Shown: positions 21,934-33,297 of the stretch, piece after piece
Numbering within the stretch: the first letter of the stretch is position 1
Layout: each line of letters opens with the position of its first letter
DNA from: Alphaproteobacteria bacterium
GTDB lineage: Bacteria; Pseudomonadota; Alphaproteobacteria; RF32; CAG-239
Direction: 5' to 3'
DNA length: 64,000 bases
NCBI GenBank assembly: GCA_015062285.1
Contig: SUUY01000001.1
Coordinates: 30,622-94,621, forward strand
Made by a program: the position numbers and the translations under genes
Notes under the pieces: generated by a model
Databases searched by the model: none
The model's input: the letters and a program-made list of their open reading frames with translations, nothing else
What the model was told of the DNA's origin: nothing

Positions 21934-22248
21934 TTATGCGTTTGAATTTATCCAATTTTCTAAAGTTGTCTTGGAATTGAGACCGACTTTAACATCAATT
22001 TGTTTGCCGTCTTTGAATAAGAACATAGTTGGGATGCTGCGAATGCCATATTGTGCAGCAGTATTTGGAGATTCATCAACATTCATTTTACAAATTTCTA
22101 CCTTATCTGCCATTTCATTTGATACTTCTTCTAATACCGGAAGAAGTTGGCGGCAAGGGCCACACCATTCTGCCCAAAAGTCTACTAAAACAAGACCTTT
22201 GGCTTGTAGGACTTCTGTTTCAAATTGAGCATCTGTAATTGCTTTCAT
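21934..22248 (-). CDS. trxA: Thioredoxin
   Basis: WAEWCGPCRQL active site, 104 aa. Confidence 0.92.
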   Translation of the reverse strand: MKAITDAQFETEVLQAKGLVLVDFWAEWCGPCRQLLPVLEEVSNEMADKVEICKMNVDESPNTAAQYGIRSIPTMFLFKDGKQIDVKVGLNSKTTLENWINSNA

Positions 22249-22346
22249 AATATTTCCTTTCCGGTTTAAAATTGTTTAGTTAATATCTCTAATATAAGTG
22301 CTTTTTTGCGGAAATCAAAGTTTATTTTTAATTTGTTTGTACTTTT

Positions 22347-25300
22347 TTATTTAATTTCCATAATTGATGCGGTGTTAGTCCACAAAATGTAAGTGCTAAT
22401 GATTTTTTGCGGGTATATTTTTTGGATCAGTGATTTATATGCGCGGAGCTGTTTGATGTATGCAACAGGTACATCTTTTGGGCTTGATGCGGCAGGACGG
22501 TTGGTTTTGTAATCAAGAATTTTTACTTCTTGTGGAGTTACAACCAAGCGATCTATTTGTCCGGAAATGATTTGTCCTTCTACTTCTCCCATAATAGGAA
22601 CTTCCGGCCTTGAATTAGGACCGAAAAATATAGAGAATCGAGAATCTGATAGTAGAGAAGTTACTTCGAAAACAATTTGATTTTGCGCAGCTTCTGAAAG
22701 CATAGAGCCATGATATGAAACAAATTTTTTCGCCAGCTCAAGATGTTTTGATGCATTTGTTTCGGGCAATATTTGCAAAAGTTTATGAATAATTATTCCA
22801 CGCCGAAAATATTCAGGATGGTTAGTATCTAAGGGAGATGATATTTGTTCATTGTCGTCATCTATTTTTGAGGCAGCCAATGGCTTTGACAAAGGTGTTT
22901 CTTGAGGTAACGGGTGGTTTATCCAAGAAAAATCGATGTTGTTTTGCGCAATGCTTTGATGTGTTTCTTTAGGCGGAAGAGGAGCCTCTTGAGGGGTTTC
23001 ATATATTAATTTATCTTGGTGTTTTTCACAAATATTGCTAAGAGATGATTTGCATAGTTCATACCAAGAATCCGAATTTAAGCCTCCTTTTTGATAGCCA
23101 CATATGTACAATCGTTCTTCGGCTCTAGTCAGAGCTACATATAACAAGCGATGATATTCCTCTAAAGAAAGTTCTTTTTGTTTGCTTTTTATTTTTTTAC
23201 AATTGTTTTCATATTCGTTAGAGTTAAAAGGATAAAATAGCATATTTTCATCGATTAAAAGTTCAGCTTCGTTGCGTATGGATTTTACTCTGGCCGTGTC
23301 AGGAAGTATAACAACAGGAGCTTGCAATCCTTTGGATCCATGCACGGTCATGATTCTTACGGCATCTGTTTGATTTTGCTCGAGCTCTCTTTTTATTTCA
23401 ACGTCGTCTCGCTCTATCCAATCAATAAATATTTGCAATGATGGAATGTGATCTCTTTCAAATGAGATGGTTAGGTTTATGAATTCATCTATGCCATCTT
23501 CAACTTCATGTCCTAGGCGAGATATAAATTTTTTACGTCCGGCTAGCGAGCTTAAGATATAGGCATAAAACTCAAAGGGGCGAAGATTAGAAAGATTAAG
23601 AAGGTTTTGTAAGATTTGATTTATGCCATTATATGCAGAATTTTTTTTCATGCTTTGCCACAGGCTTTGAGAACCTCTATTGCAACAAAGTATTTGCAGG
23701 TCCGTATCCGCAAGATTAAACAATGGGGATTTTAGAACCTCTGCTAAGCTTAGATCATCTTCTGGGAGCAAAACAAACTTGCCTAGAGAAACTAGATCTT
23801 GAATTGCTATTTGTTCTAAAAGTTTAATTTTGTCTGCGCCGGCAATATTGACTCCGATTTGCTTACATTCTCGAACCAATTCTTCAACAAAACTATTGCG
23901 GCGCTGAACAAGAATCATAAAATCCTGATATTTTAATGGGCGATTTTGTGATACTAGAAATTCTTGCGATGAGACCATTTTGTGGATGTTTTCGGCAATC
24001 ATTTTTGCCAGACGGGCACTGGTTGATTCTGCGGTGATTTTTTCAACCGGAGGAAGCCAAATTGATGGTGCATCGTCTTTTTGGGCTTCTATCAAAGGCC
24101 AAATTTCTATTTTTCCTGCTTCTCCTATACGAGATGGAATATGGCAAACTTGGTGTTCTTCTGAAACAACACCCTTACTTGCTTCTAATGTAGAGAACAC
24201 TTGATTTACTGTGTCTAAAATGGCGGAGGAAGATCGAAACGAAACATCCAGATTGATTTGTTTGAACGGAGCTTCTTTGGTAGATTTTTTTGCAAAATAT
24301 AAACGAGATTTTTCAAATTCTTGAGGATCGGCACCTTGAAACGAGTATATTGATTGTTTGCGGTCGCCTACGACAAATACGGTGTTGCTATTGTTTTTTG
24401 CTCCTGAACCGTAAAAAAATTCGCTTGTTATAGCTTTGATTATTGCCCATTGATCAGGAGCAGTATCTTGTGCTTCATCAATAAGAACATGATCTATGCC
24501 ACCGTCTAACTTATATAAAACCCATTGGGCAATGCCAGGATCTTCCAGCAGATTTCTTGTTTGGACGATAAGGTCTTCATAATCAACTTTGGAATGAATT
24601 TGCTTGAATTTGTTATAATTATCAAGCAAATCTTGAGCAACATGTAATACAGCTGTAGTTGATTCAAGAAGTTGAATCGAGCAAATAAGATTATCTGTAA
24701 ACAAAATACGTTCGACTTCTTGTTGAGCTAAAGTTGATGCAAGGGGAAATAATGATATAACTTTTTGGGTTGCAACAGTTTTTCTAGGTTCGTTTTTGTC
24801 AGTTAGAAATACTTTTCTATATAAATTATAGTCATTGTTTTTTAGGGCTGAGGAAACAATTTGAGCTTTTTCTAAATCACTTTTACTACCTTGTTTTAGG
24901 GCATTTGCAAATTCTAAAATTTTTGTTTTAGGAGTATTGTTCCAAAATTTATTTACAATATCTTCTGTTTTACAATTACATGGGATTTGCAGTTTATCAG
25001 CAAGTTTATAAATTAAATCTTGTACAGAAGGATACTGATTGAGAACTCTTATTATTTTGTTACGGTTTTGTGTGAGTGAGTTCATTAATTTCGGGAAGGT
25101 AAATTCGCTTATTTTGGTAGTAATAAAAGCTAATGATTTTGCGGTTTGACAATTAGGATCTGTCTCTATTTTTTGCAGTAAATCAGATTTTATGTTTTCT
25201 AGGGCCTCTTTAGCGGTGCGGTCATCCATAACCTCAAAATAGGGAGATATTTTAGCCTCAAGAGGAAATCGTTTCAAAATTTCTTGACAGAAACTGTGTA

Positions 25301-25697
25301 TTGTTTGAATCTTCATCCCTCCCGGAGTATCTAGCAAAATAGCAAAAAGGCGGCGAGATTGAGAAAGTGTTTTTTGATCTATTTTGCTTTGTCCTAAAAG
25401 TTTTTGCAAATCAGAAATTAGTTCTGCATCATGAGAAATAGCCCATTTGCTGAGTCGATTTGCAATACGATTATTCATTTCTACGGCTGCAGCTTTGGTA
25501 TATGTAAGACACAAAATTCTAGAAGGTTTTGTTCCATTTAGAAGTAGGCGAAGAACGCGATCTGATAGAACTTTGGTTTTTCCTGTTCCGGCAGATGCTT
25601 CTACCCATACGGAAAGATTTGGATCTGATGCCTGGCGTTGTTGATCAGAAGCAAGGGATATGCGTTTTTGTTTTTCAGTTTTTATGTCAGTCATCAC
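22347..25697 (-). CDS. addA: ATP-dependent helicase/nuclease AddA (UvrD-like)
   Basis: Walker A AGTGKTKVL; UvrD helicase motifs; C-terminal RecB-type nuclease motif GQIDRLV...ILDYKT. Confidence 0.88.
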   Translation of the reverse strand: MMTDIKTEKQKRISLASDQQRQASDPNLSVWVEASAGTGKTKVLSDRVLRLLLNGTKPSRILCLTYTKAAAVEMNNRIANRLSKWAISHDAELISDLQKLLGQSKIDQKTLSQSRRLFAILLDTPGGMKIQTIHSFCQEILKRFPLEAKISPYFEVMDDRTAKEALENIKSDLLQKIETDPNCQTAKSLAFITTKISEFTFPKLMNSLTQNRNKIIRVLNQYPSVQDLIYKLADKLQIPCNCKTEDIVNKFWNNTPKTKILEFANALKQGSKSDLEKAQIVSSALKNNDYNLYRKVFLTDKNEPRKTVATQKVISLFPLASTLAQQEVERILFTDNLICSIQLLESTTAVLHVAQDLLDNYNKFKQIHSKVDYEDLIVQTRNLLEDPGIAQWVLYKLDGGIDHVLIDEAQDTAPDQWAIIKAITSEFFYGSGAKNNSNTVFVVGDRKQSIYSFQGADPQEFEKSRLYFAKKSTKEAPFKQINLDVSFRSSSAILDTVNQVFSTLEASKGVVSEEHQVCHIPSRIGEAGKIEIWPLIEAQKDDAPSIWLPPVEKITAESTSARLAKMIAENIHKMVSSQEFLVSQNRPLKYQDFMILVQRRNSFVEELVRECKQIGVNIAGADKIKLLEQIAIQDLVSLGKFVLLPEDDLSLAEVLKSPLFNLADTDLQILCCNRGSQSLWQSMKKNSAYNGINQILQNLLNLSNLRPFEFYAYILSSLAGRKKFISRLGHEVEDGIDEFINLTISFERDHIPSLQIFIDWIERDDVEIKRELEQNQTDAVRIMTVHGSKGLQAPVVILPDTARVKSIRNEAELLIDENMLFYPFNSNEYENNCKKIKSKQKELSLEEYHRLLYVALTRAEERLYICGYQKGGLNSDSWYELCKSSLSNICEKHQDKLIYETPQEAPLPPKETHQSIAQNNIDFSWINHPLPQETPLSKPLAASKIDDDNEQISSPLDTNHPEYFRRGIIIHKLLQILPETNASKHLELAKKFVSYHGSMLSEAAQNQIVFEVTSLLSDSRFSIFFGPNSRPEVPIMGEVEGQIISGQIDRLVVTPQEVKILDYKTNRPAASSPKDVPVAYIKQLRAYKSLIQKIYPQKIISTYILWTNTASIMEIK

Positions 25698-28461
25698 TAT
25701 CCTCGCTTATATGCCATTCTTTGATGCGAGCAAGATGTTCGTAGTCAGAATATTCAGATGCTCGCCTAGGGTTTGGATTACAAATATAAGGAGTTGTCTC
25801 AAAGTCAAAAAGGTTTAATAATTTGGTTAGGTTTTGTTTGTTGGTTTCTAGGATATCCGCCAAATTATCGCTGACAACAGTATCTTTGTTGCCCAGTTGC
25901 CAATATATAAGTTGATTTATTTGAGCGGGTTTAATTTCTTTGAACCCTCTAGATTGGGCAATGAGACCTTCAATCGGAAGTTGAGGAGCATACCCCAAAG
26001 CTACTTCTTTTTTGCTTCGTGTTTTTCCTGTTTTGTAATCAATTATGTTTATGCTACCGTCAATTGTTTCATCTATGCGATCGGCTTTAGCTGTTATGGT
26101 AAAAGCTCCACCAGGGAGATCTTTTATTGTAAAAGACCCCTCAATTTCATTATGAACGAATTTAATACTTGGGCGGTATTCTTTTTCGAGCTTTGAGAGA
26201 TGGTCGATCATTTTTGCAAATTTTGGCCACCAAAATACTTTTTTTGATTGCAAAATGGGGTTTTGCGAGAATTTGCGGTACCCTATTTCAAGAAGTTTTT
26301 CTTTTCCATCGGCTGGAAAATCATGAGGATATAAGTTATTAAATTCTTCCAGAATTTCGTGTATAATACTACCAAAATCTGCGGAATTTGGTTCGGGGTC
26401 TATATCTTCTAATGGCTTTAATCGTAAGATATATTTGGCATATACACTATATGGATCTCGCATCAGAAGCTCTATTCCGCTAGCCGAAAGTTGGCGAGGA
26501 CGCAGAGCTAGTGGCGGGCATGGAGCGGGAGACGATGTTTTGCAATAAGTATCGGGAGTATCAATGTGTTTTGAAATAAGTAAATAAGGATCAGTTTCCA
26601 ACTGTTTGATATCAAACTCAAGAGCTTTGAGTACTGTTTCTAAACGCATGAGCCATCTTGATTTTATGGTTGGAGATCCCTCAGATTTTTCGGCGCGAGT
26701 CAGATAAATTTGCTTTGCGCCCAAAAAACAACTAAGATCTAACCCAGTTATTCCTATTGATTTTTCGGGTACGGGAAAACCAAAATCTTTTTTCATAGGG
26801 CGAGATAGCCAAGGGTCAGATGCTGTTTTTTGAGGCCAAATTCCCTCATTGAAGCCACCAAGTATCATAATATCGGAATGAATATGTCGAGCCTCAATCG
26901 GCCCCATTATTTTTAAGCGAGGGTGTGTTCCATATTTGGGACGAACAGGAACATTGGCTGCAAGAGCTTCAAAAAGATTTAAATATTCTTTCGGGTTAAA
27001 ATTGTCGAGTGTATTACCATAAGAGAGACATTGCTCTAACAGGGAGGATCCGACATTTCCGCTTTCTCCCTTCCAAAGAACTTGCGCTCCGTTTTGAGAG
27101 CTATTTGATGCTATATTTTGAGCGACAAGAATATGATTTTTTATAATTTCCGGCAGAGTTATAAAAGGTTTTAAGAGTGCTTGCGTTAAAGGTTGTAAAG
27201 CTTCTTGCAAACGAACTAATATTTCAGAAGTATTTTGATTTTGTTTTTTTCGCCAAATTTCTTTTTCTAAAAATTTAGTTTGCTCTCTAATTTGGTTTCG
27301 ATCCATTCCGAGGCAACATAAGGGGTTTTTGAGCAGACTTAAAAGAGTTGTGCGAGATGATTCAGGTGAAGCTGCCGCAATAACTAATCGCATAAACACT
27401 CCCCAAGGTGTTTGATGAAGAGGAATTCCTGCGGTATCGTCAATATTTATATTCCATCGTGCTAGCTCAGATGATACACGACGAGCTAAGTTTCTATCAG
27501 GAGTAATCAGAGAGGCGGCTTGGTTAGGGGTTTCTAAAGCATGGCGCATTATGATAGCAATACATAAAGCTTCATCTCTGTTATCTGCACAGTTTAGAAT
27601 TTTTATTCCTTCAGTGGCTGATTTATCAATGGGTTTATTTTTTATTTCTCGCCATAAGTCAGTTTGTGTGGCTGGACGCATAACCTCTGATATGAGAAGT
27701 TCTCGAGCCAGATTTTTGGGAGGGATAATATCTGTAACGCTGTAGCGATCGTATTTGAGAAAATCAAGAAGGCGTTTTAATTCATATTGAGGGTGTGTTT
27801 CGTCTATGTTTTGCCAAGATTCATCGTCTAAATATTTATCTAATCCGCAAAGAACAACTTCTCCTTGCGGAAGTTCTGTTATGGTTTTGACCAGCTGTTT
27901 GGTTGTGGGAAAAGCTGCGGTGGTTGCGGCAATGATTATTCTTCTGTTTGGCGGATTGTTTTTCCATATTTGGATTTGTTGTTCTAATAGTAATTTTTTG
28001 CGCAAACTTGAATCAATGGCATTTTTTTCTGATAAAATAAGAGGCCAGTTAGAAGTAATAATTTCCAAAAAATGCAAGGTTTTTTGCCAGTGTTCGGAAT
28101 ATTCTTCCGGAACCAAATCAGCCAAATTTGAAAAGTTGAGGCTTTCGTTATGAGCCATATCTATCAGGCAGCCTAGTTCAGATGCAAGAGCATAAGCTTG
28201 ATATAAAGATAAATGTTTTGAGCCGAATTCTTGGGGAAGAGAAGTTATTATCTTCATAAATAAAAATGTACGCTCTAAAGGGCTTATGCTTTGAGATATG
28301 TTATCTATACTGTTTTGAGCGTTTTCTCCATTGAGAATTAATTCGTCTTCATCTATATCGCCAACGGGAATCATTGTTGGAAGGAGAGTTGGCTTCATGC
28401 CCTGTTGTCTTATAAATGCCTCCGCCATGGTTTTGCAAGTTCTACGGTTTGGTAAAAGCAA
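25687..28461 (-). CDS. addB: Double-strand break repair protein AddB
   Basis: Overlaps and follows addA; C-terminal nuclease motif INIIDYKTGK; degenerate N-terminal P-loop typical of alphaproteobacterial AddB. Confidence 0.8.
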   Translation of the reverse strand: MLLPNRRTCKTMAEAFIRQQGMKPTLLPTMIPVGDIDEDELILNGENAQNSIDNISQSISPLERTFLFMKIITSLPQEFGSKHLSLYQAYALASELGCLIDMAHNESLNFSNLADLVPEEYSEHWQKTLHFLEIITSNWPLILSEKNAIDSSLRKKLLLEQQIQIWKNNPPNRRIIIAATTAAFPTTKQLVKTITELPQGEVVLCGLDKYLDDESWQNIDETHPQYELKRLLDFLKYDRYSVTDIIPPKNLARELLISEVMRPATQTDLWREIKNKPIDKSATEGIKILNCADNRDEALCIAIIMRHALETPNQAASLITPDRNLARRVSSELARWNINIDDTAGIPLHQTPWGVFMRLVIAAASPESSRTTLLSLLKNPLCCLGMDRNQIREQTKFLEKEIWRKKQNQNTSEILVRLQEALQPLTQALLKPFITLPEIIKNHILVAQNIASNSSQNGAQVLWKGESGNVGSSLLEQCLSYGNTLDNFNPKEYLNLFEALAANVPVRPKYGTHPRLKIMGPIEARHIHSDIMILGGFNEGIWPQKTASDPWLSRPMKKDFGFPVPEKSIGITGLDLSCFLGAKQIYLTRAEKSEGSPTIKSRWLMRLETVLKALEFDIKQLETDPYLLISKHIDTPDTYCKTSSPAPCPPLALRPRQLSASGIELLMRDPYSVYAKYILRLKPLEDIDPEPNSADFGSIIHEILEEFNNLYPHDFPADGKEKLLEIGYRKFSQNPILQSKKVFWWPKFAKMIDHLSKLEKEYRPSIKFVHNEIEGSFTIKDLPGGAFTITAKADRIDETIDGSINIIDYKTGKTRSKKEVALGYAPQLPIEGLIAQSRGFKEIKPAQINQLIYWQLGNKDTVVSDNLADILETNKQNLTKLLNLFDFETTPYICNPNPRRASEYSDYEHLARIKEWHISEDSDD

Positions 28462-28561
28462 AAGAATATTGGAAAGATCCAGTGGATTTTGCTCACAGTC
28501 AGAGAGCAGTTTGTTTGCTAAAACATCTGCAAAGCTATTTGTTAAGGGTATGTTGAAAATC

Positions 28562-29152
28562 TTATTCAGTTTGAAATACCTCTTTAATAAATTGTTGAAG
28601 AGCTTTGCCTCTATGAGATAATGTTGATTTTTGTTCCTTGCTCATTTCTGCAAAGGTTTGTTGATATCCGTTTGGTATAAAAATAGGGTCAAAACCAAAA
28701 CCTTTTGCTCCTTTTTTGGTAGAGATAATTGTTCCGTCAATACGTCCTTCAAACAGGCGAATGCTTTGTTCCGGAATCTTTAGAGCCAAAACGCAAGAGA
28801 AATGAGCAGACCAATCGTTGTTGCCGCTATCTTTAAGCTCTTTAATAAGCATATCCATGGCTGCATCAAAGTCTCGGTTGGGAGCATAACGAGCCGAATA
28901 TACTCCTGGGCGACCATCTAAAGCATCAACACATAGTCCGGAATCGTCAGCTAAGCAAGGGAGTCCGGAAATAGCTGATAATTCAGTTGCTTTTAAAATA
29001 GCATTTTCTGCAAAGGTTGTTCCGGTTTCTTCAATGTCAGGTAATTCTAAATCTAGCGCAGACAAAACCTCTATGTTGTATGGTGATAGCATAGATTTTA
29101 GTTCTGTAATTTTTCCTTGATTGTGTGTGGCCAAAAGAAGTTTATTGAACAT
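28562..29152 (-). CDS. rdgB: Non-canonical purine NTP pyrophosphatase (Ham1/RdgB)
   Basis: LLATHNQGKITELK N-terminus, SHRGKAL C-terminal motif; coupled with rph. Confidence 0.88.
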   Translation of the reverse strand: MFNKLLLATHNQGKITELKSMLSPYNIEVLSALDLELPDIEETGTTFAENAILKATELSAISGLPCLADDSGLCVDALDGRPGVYSARYAPNRDFDAAMDMLIKELKDSGNNDWSAHFSCVLALKIPEQSIRLFEGRIDGTIISTKKGAKGFGFDPIFIPNGYQQTFAEMSKEQKSTLSHRGKALQQFIKEVFQTE

Positions 29153-29865
29153 TATTTTATTCCTAGAGCTTGTTTTTGTTTAAGTATAATTTGCTTTATG
29201 CCTTCTTTACTTAAAGACAACATTTCTTGAAGTTGAGATTCGTCAAAAGGTTCCCCTTCAGCAGTTCCTTGTATTTCAACAAACTTTCCGCTTTCTGTCA
29301 TAACAAAGTTCATATCTACTTGAGAATTGGAGTCTTCTTCATAATCAACATCTAAAATTGCTTCACCATTATAAATATCACAAGAAACGGCAGCAACAAA
29401 TTCTTTTATAGGATTGTTTTTTATTCTTTTTTCGCTAATAAGCTTTTGTATTGCCAAATATAACGCAACAAAGCCTCCTGTGATGGAAGCAACTCGTGTT
29501 CCTCCATCAGCCTGAATAACATCACAGTCAACACAAATGGAAATATCTTTGAGCAAGTTTAAATCTACAACAGAACGAAGAGATCTTCCTATTAAACGTT
29601 GAATTTCTTGAGTGCGTCCAGATGGTTTTTTGCTTTCACGAGGAATACGGGTTTGAGCGGAGCGTGGAAGCATGGCGTATTCTGCGGTGATCCAACCTTG
29701 ATTCTGCCCTTTGAGCCATGTCGGCAGTTTTTCTTCAACACTAGCGGTGCAAATAACATGGGTATTACCATATTTTACAAGGCATGATCCTTCGGCATAT
29801 GGATTAAAGTTAGGTATCAGTTCGATGTCTCGAAGACAGTTGTTGTCACGTTTTGAGTTGCGCAT
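29152..29865 (-). CDS. rph: Ribonuclease PH
   Basis: RNase PH family sequence ([26 protein letters not shown]). Confidence 0.9.
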   Translation of the reverse strand: MRNSKRDNNCLRDIELIPNFNPYAEGSCLVKYGNTHVICTASVEEKLPTWLKGQNQGWITAEYAMLPRSAQTRIPRESKKPSGRTQEIQRLIGRSLRSVVDLNLLKDISICVDCDVIQADGGTRVASITGGFVALYLAIQKLISEKRIKNNPIKEFVAAVSCDIYNGEAILDVDYEEDSNSQVDMNFVMTESGKFVEIQGTAEGEPFDESQLQEMLSLSKEGIKQIILKQKQALGIK

Positions 29866-29885
29866 TTGAGTTTTCCTTTTATTAT

Positions 29886-31253
29886 TTAATGATATGATAG
29901 AGCTTGGTTGGTTTTTGCAATGCTATTTGTTAAGCGCTGGGAATCTTTAGAAAAGTTCATGTTTTCAAAAATATAAAGGGAATCATGAAAATACTCTAAA
30001 GCTTCTTCAAAATAAACTCTATCTGCACTTTTTTTGCCAAGTCGATAATATATATCTCCAATGCTTTCTTGGATTTTTGCCCATAGCAAGGGCTCTCTTT
30101 TTTCGGTGATGATTTTTTGCTGATTTTTATATGCAGCAATTGCCAGTTCTGCAATTTCATAACTTGAAGTTGTTTGGCTTAATAAGGACAAATAGTATCC
30201 CAAGTTGCCTTCTATTTGAGCCCATAAGCCGGGGAATAGAGCGTATGTAAATATCTTTTCGGCTTCTCTAAGGTGAAAAACAGAATCTCGCAAAGCTTGT
30301 AAATCTTCTTTTTGTTTCCAATAATTGTAAAATAGTGATGATAACCGGTATGAAATCAATCCATATTCATAAGGGTAAGTGTATTTGCCGAAATATTTTT
30401 GTGCCAACTGATAATTGTATATTGCATTGCGATATGAATTAATGGGACGTTTTGAGTTGCTTTGTGATATGCAAGAATATAATTGTCCCAAATGAGCATG
30501 CAAACACCCTAAGTGCAAAGGATTTTTAACGGCATCTTTGTGGCTAAGAGCTGTATCAAACAGACTTTTAACAATTTTAAAATCTTGCTCTGTTTCGGAT
30601 TTTGCACAGTAACTTAAATAGATTAATCCCAAAAAATTCATGATGTATGGCATGTACTCAAATGATATTGACTTTGTTGAGGTGTCGGAAGACAACTTTG
30701 CTATGATTTTCTTTAAGAGATATTTTTTTTGAATTTGTTTAGTTTTGTCTTCGGTATTGATTGAAGCAATAACTGCGCCATAAAGAAGATTTATTAAAGG
30801 TGTCGGAAAAGAAGATGCGTTTGTAAAGAAAGACGCAGGAAAGTATAAGCTATCCATTAGCGTTACAAAGCTATCGTTAGTGACTTCATATTGAGATGAG
30901 GTTTGGAAGTTTAGACGAATTTTATCTCCCTCGCGGCATCCCCAGATAAGGACATCGGCAGAGGAATCATCTAAAATGCTCTGACCTTTATCAACGAGAT
31001 CAAACAAGGTTCGGCTTTCTAAATTTAAAAAGCTTTTATCAAAGGGTTTATCATAATAAATTACAGAAAGTCCTTCGCATTTTTTTAGTAATGATGATGC
31101 TGTTTCTCCGCCTGTACTTTCAACAATATCTAAAAATTCGGCAACAACTATGTTGAAATTTATATTTAAATGATTTTCCATCATTAAATCGTCGTCACTT
31201 TGCGGACGAGGGCGTAAAAAAGTCTTTTTTAAAAATTCTAAAATTTGTGCCAT
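29886..31253 (-). CDS. Hypothetical protein, possibly TPR-like helical repeats at C-terminus
   Basis: 455 aa, Tyr/Leu-rich repetitive helical C-terminal half; no specific motif recognised. Confidence 0.4.
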   Translation of the reverse strand: MAQILEFLKKTFLRPRPQSDDDLMMENHLNINFNIVVAEFLDIVESTGGETASSLLKKCEGLSVIYYDKPFDKSFLNLESRTLFDLVDKGQSILDDSSADVLIWGCREGDKIRLNFQTSSQYEVTNDSFVTLMDSLYFPASFFTNASSFPTPLINLLYGAVIASINTEDKTKQIQKKYLLKKIIAKLSSDTSTKSISFEYMPYIMNFLGLIYLSYCAKSETEQDFKIVKSLFDTALSHKDAVKNPLHLGCLHAHLGQLYSCISQSNSKRPINSYRNAIYNYQLAQKYFGKYTYPYEYGLISYRLSSLFYNYWKQKEDLQALRDSVFHLREAEKIFTYALFPGLWAQIEGNLGYYLSLLSQTTSSYEIAELAIAAYKNQQKIITEKREPLLWAKIQESIGDIYYRLGKKSADRVYFEEALEYFHDSLYIFENMNFSKDSQRLTNSIAKTNQALSYH

Positions 31254-31261
31254 CGATTTTT

Positions 31262-32305
31262 TTATTGGTCCTTATGTTTGAAGAGGTTAGATATTTTCTG
31301 CGTGTTTTCTTTTAAAGATGAAATTGTTGCTGCTGTGGTGTTTACCAGGTTATAAGGCTCTTCTTGCCAATTTGTTATGCGATGCTGTTGCCATAAAATT
31401 ACGAAAGAACAAAAGATAAATAAAGAATAATTATTGGGCGCAAACGCTTGGAAACAGCCTAAAAGCAACGCCATTAAGCCGTTTCTTGTCCAAAAATGTT
31501 CAAGAATAATGACCGGACAATTTGTTGATTTGGCTAATCCAAAAGCGGTATAATGTTTTATTTGCTTTTTGGGCGTTTTTTTAAATATCATTTTTATTAG
31601 AGCATAAACGCTTTCGCAAAAAAATGGTAATAGAAAAATGAGTAACGAAGATAAAGATGCTTCTGCGGTGCCACATACAGTGAAGGCGCCGATCAGAACT
31701 CCGGTAGCTTCTGTCTCAATATCTGATAAAGGTTTTGTTTGATATCGTCTGTTAGAAACAAAAGGTAGTGTTGTTGCGCATAAAACGCCGCCTGCAATAC
31801 CTAAAGCAAAAGGTGTCGCTCCAATTATGGATAAAATGAAAATGCCAAGCCCAAAAACATTGATTATGCGGTATATTTGAGTTGGAAAAACATTAATTAT
31901 TTTTAGGCCATAAATTAAAAATAACCATAGACCAATTAAAGATAATTGTTCGATTGTTTTAGGTATATTTATATGTGAATGGCTTGAATAATCGAAGTAA
32001 AATATAAGAAATGATATTGTTGCAAAAGTGGTTATAAAACGGATAAATGCAGGTGTCTTTATGAAGAAAAATACCAAATACAACAAGGCAAAACCAAATG
32101 GTGTATAAAATGACCATATATCAGAAGAAGATATTATATCTGTTGTGTTGTTAGCATATAATGCGTAAAAAAATATTGATCCGTAGAGTAAGGCAAAAAT
32201 ACCGAGCGACGGATATGTTTTTGTAGAACAAAAATGCTTAATAATCAGAGATCCGGCAAAACATATCAAGAAAACGGATGCGATAATTATGTGTTGAAGT
32301 GTCAT
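31262..32305 (-). CDS. Hypothetical polytopic membrane protein
   Basis: 347 aa, ~10 hydrophobic segments. Confidence 0.5.
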   Translation of the reverse strand: MTLQHIIIASVFLICFAGSLIIKHFCSTKTYPSLGIFALLYGSIFFYALYANNTTDIISSSDIWSFYTPFGFALLYLVFFFIKTPAFIRFITTFATISFLIFYFDYSSHSHINIPKTIEQLSLIGLWLFLIYGLKIINVFPTQIYRIINVFGLGIFILSIIGATPFALGIAGGVLCATTLPFVSNRRYQTKPLSDIETEATGVLIGAFTVCGTAEASLSSLLIFLLPFFCESVYALIKMIFKKTPKKQIKHYTAFGLAKSTNCPVIILEHFWTRNGLMALLLGCFQAFAPNNYSLFIFCSFVILWQQHRITNWQEEPYNLVNTTAATISSLKENTQKISNLFKHKDQ

Positions 32306-32386
32306 GTTTTTTACCCTTAAGGTTTGGCTTATGCTGAAAGTATAAGCTTTGTTGTGTTTATCTTCAAGAATGAATGCAATGTTATT

Positions 32387-33295
32387 CTATATATTATTAA
32401 ATATCATTTTTAATGTGGGAAATCTCTTTTCATCTAAAGCAACACCTTGAAAAATTATGTTAAATAGTCTTTCCGTATAAATGTTGAAAGATTTTGAATC
32501 TTGCGGAATGGGTGTGTTGAGGTTATTTGGTGTGTTTTGTAAAATGTTTATAACTTTGTTGGTGTCTATGGTTTGAGATTTTAGGTTTGCTATATGTGAA
32601 ATTTCCTTTAGGCAATTATCTGTTTGGAGGCGAATGCTATCGTTTTTATACAGTAACTGTGGGTGCTGCTTTAAGCACAAGCAAAGCAAAAATAAAACTC
32701 TTATGGCAATCCATTCCCAATGGCAAGAATCAAAAGAATCTGATAATTCTATGTTTATTTTGCTATTTTTGAATATTTCTTGAAGGATGTTAACATGGAT
32801 ATCTTTGGTATCGGATGGTAAATATAAAGTAACGCCAAGATCGGAATTTGAAATGGTGTTTTTGTGCTTCCATAATAAGGAAAGATTACGAGCTTCAATA
32901 GGAGCTGATTCTAAAATTTCCTTGAGCATGGTTTGAGGAGAGTAGGGGGTTAAATTTAAGATTAGAGAATTTTGTAGTTTTGCTGTAGAAATAAGCAGCA
33001 GATCATTGCGTAGTGAAGTGATATCAGAAGCTATTATCAGTAAATCTGAGACGTCATTTTGTTCAAATGAAAAGAAAAATTTAGCTTGGTGATGTTGCAA
33101 AAAATGAGAATCCTTAAAAATAAAGTCAGTAGCATTATATTCATCAGACAGTTGAGGTGAGCATATGATTTTTACTGTATGTCCAATATTTTGAAGATCG
33201 TTTGCTATGGTCAGACTTAAGGCGCTATCACCTAAAATGCTGATTTTTTTAGGATTAGGATTTTTTTGAGGAGTTAAAACTTTTGAAAAAAACAT
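32387..33295 (-). CDS. Hypothetical protein with degenerate Rossmann-like N-terminus
   Basis: KISILGDSALSLTIANDL resembles a degraded dinucleotide-binding fold (ApbA/PanE-like?), weak. Confidence 0.35.
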   Translation of the reverse strand: MFFSKVLTPQKNPNPKKISILGDSALSLTIANDLQNIGHTVKIICSPQLSDEYNATDFIFKDSHFLQHHQAKFFFSFEQNDVSDLLIIASDITSLRNDLLLISTAKLQNSLILNLTPYSPQTMLKEILESAPIEARNLSLLWKHKNTISNSDLGVTLYLPSDTKDIHVNILQEIFKNSKINIELSDSFDSCHWEWIAIRVLFLLCLCLKQHPQLLYKNDSIRLQTDNCLKEISHIANLKSQTIDTNKVINILQNTPNNLNTPIPQDSKSFNIYTERLFNIIFQGVALDEKRFPTLKMIFNNI

Positions 33296-33297
33296 TG

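Noticed and set aside
22249-22346. Searched for the usual neighbours of grpE/trxA (hrcA, dnaK)
   Set aside because: They are not present in this window. Their absence here is uninformative without the rest of the genome.
25897-28153. Several plus-strand ORFs (25897-26196, 27551-27745, 27806-28153, 28331-28621) within addB
   Set aside because: They are antisense to the continuous AddB reading frame. They were judged non-coding.
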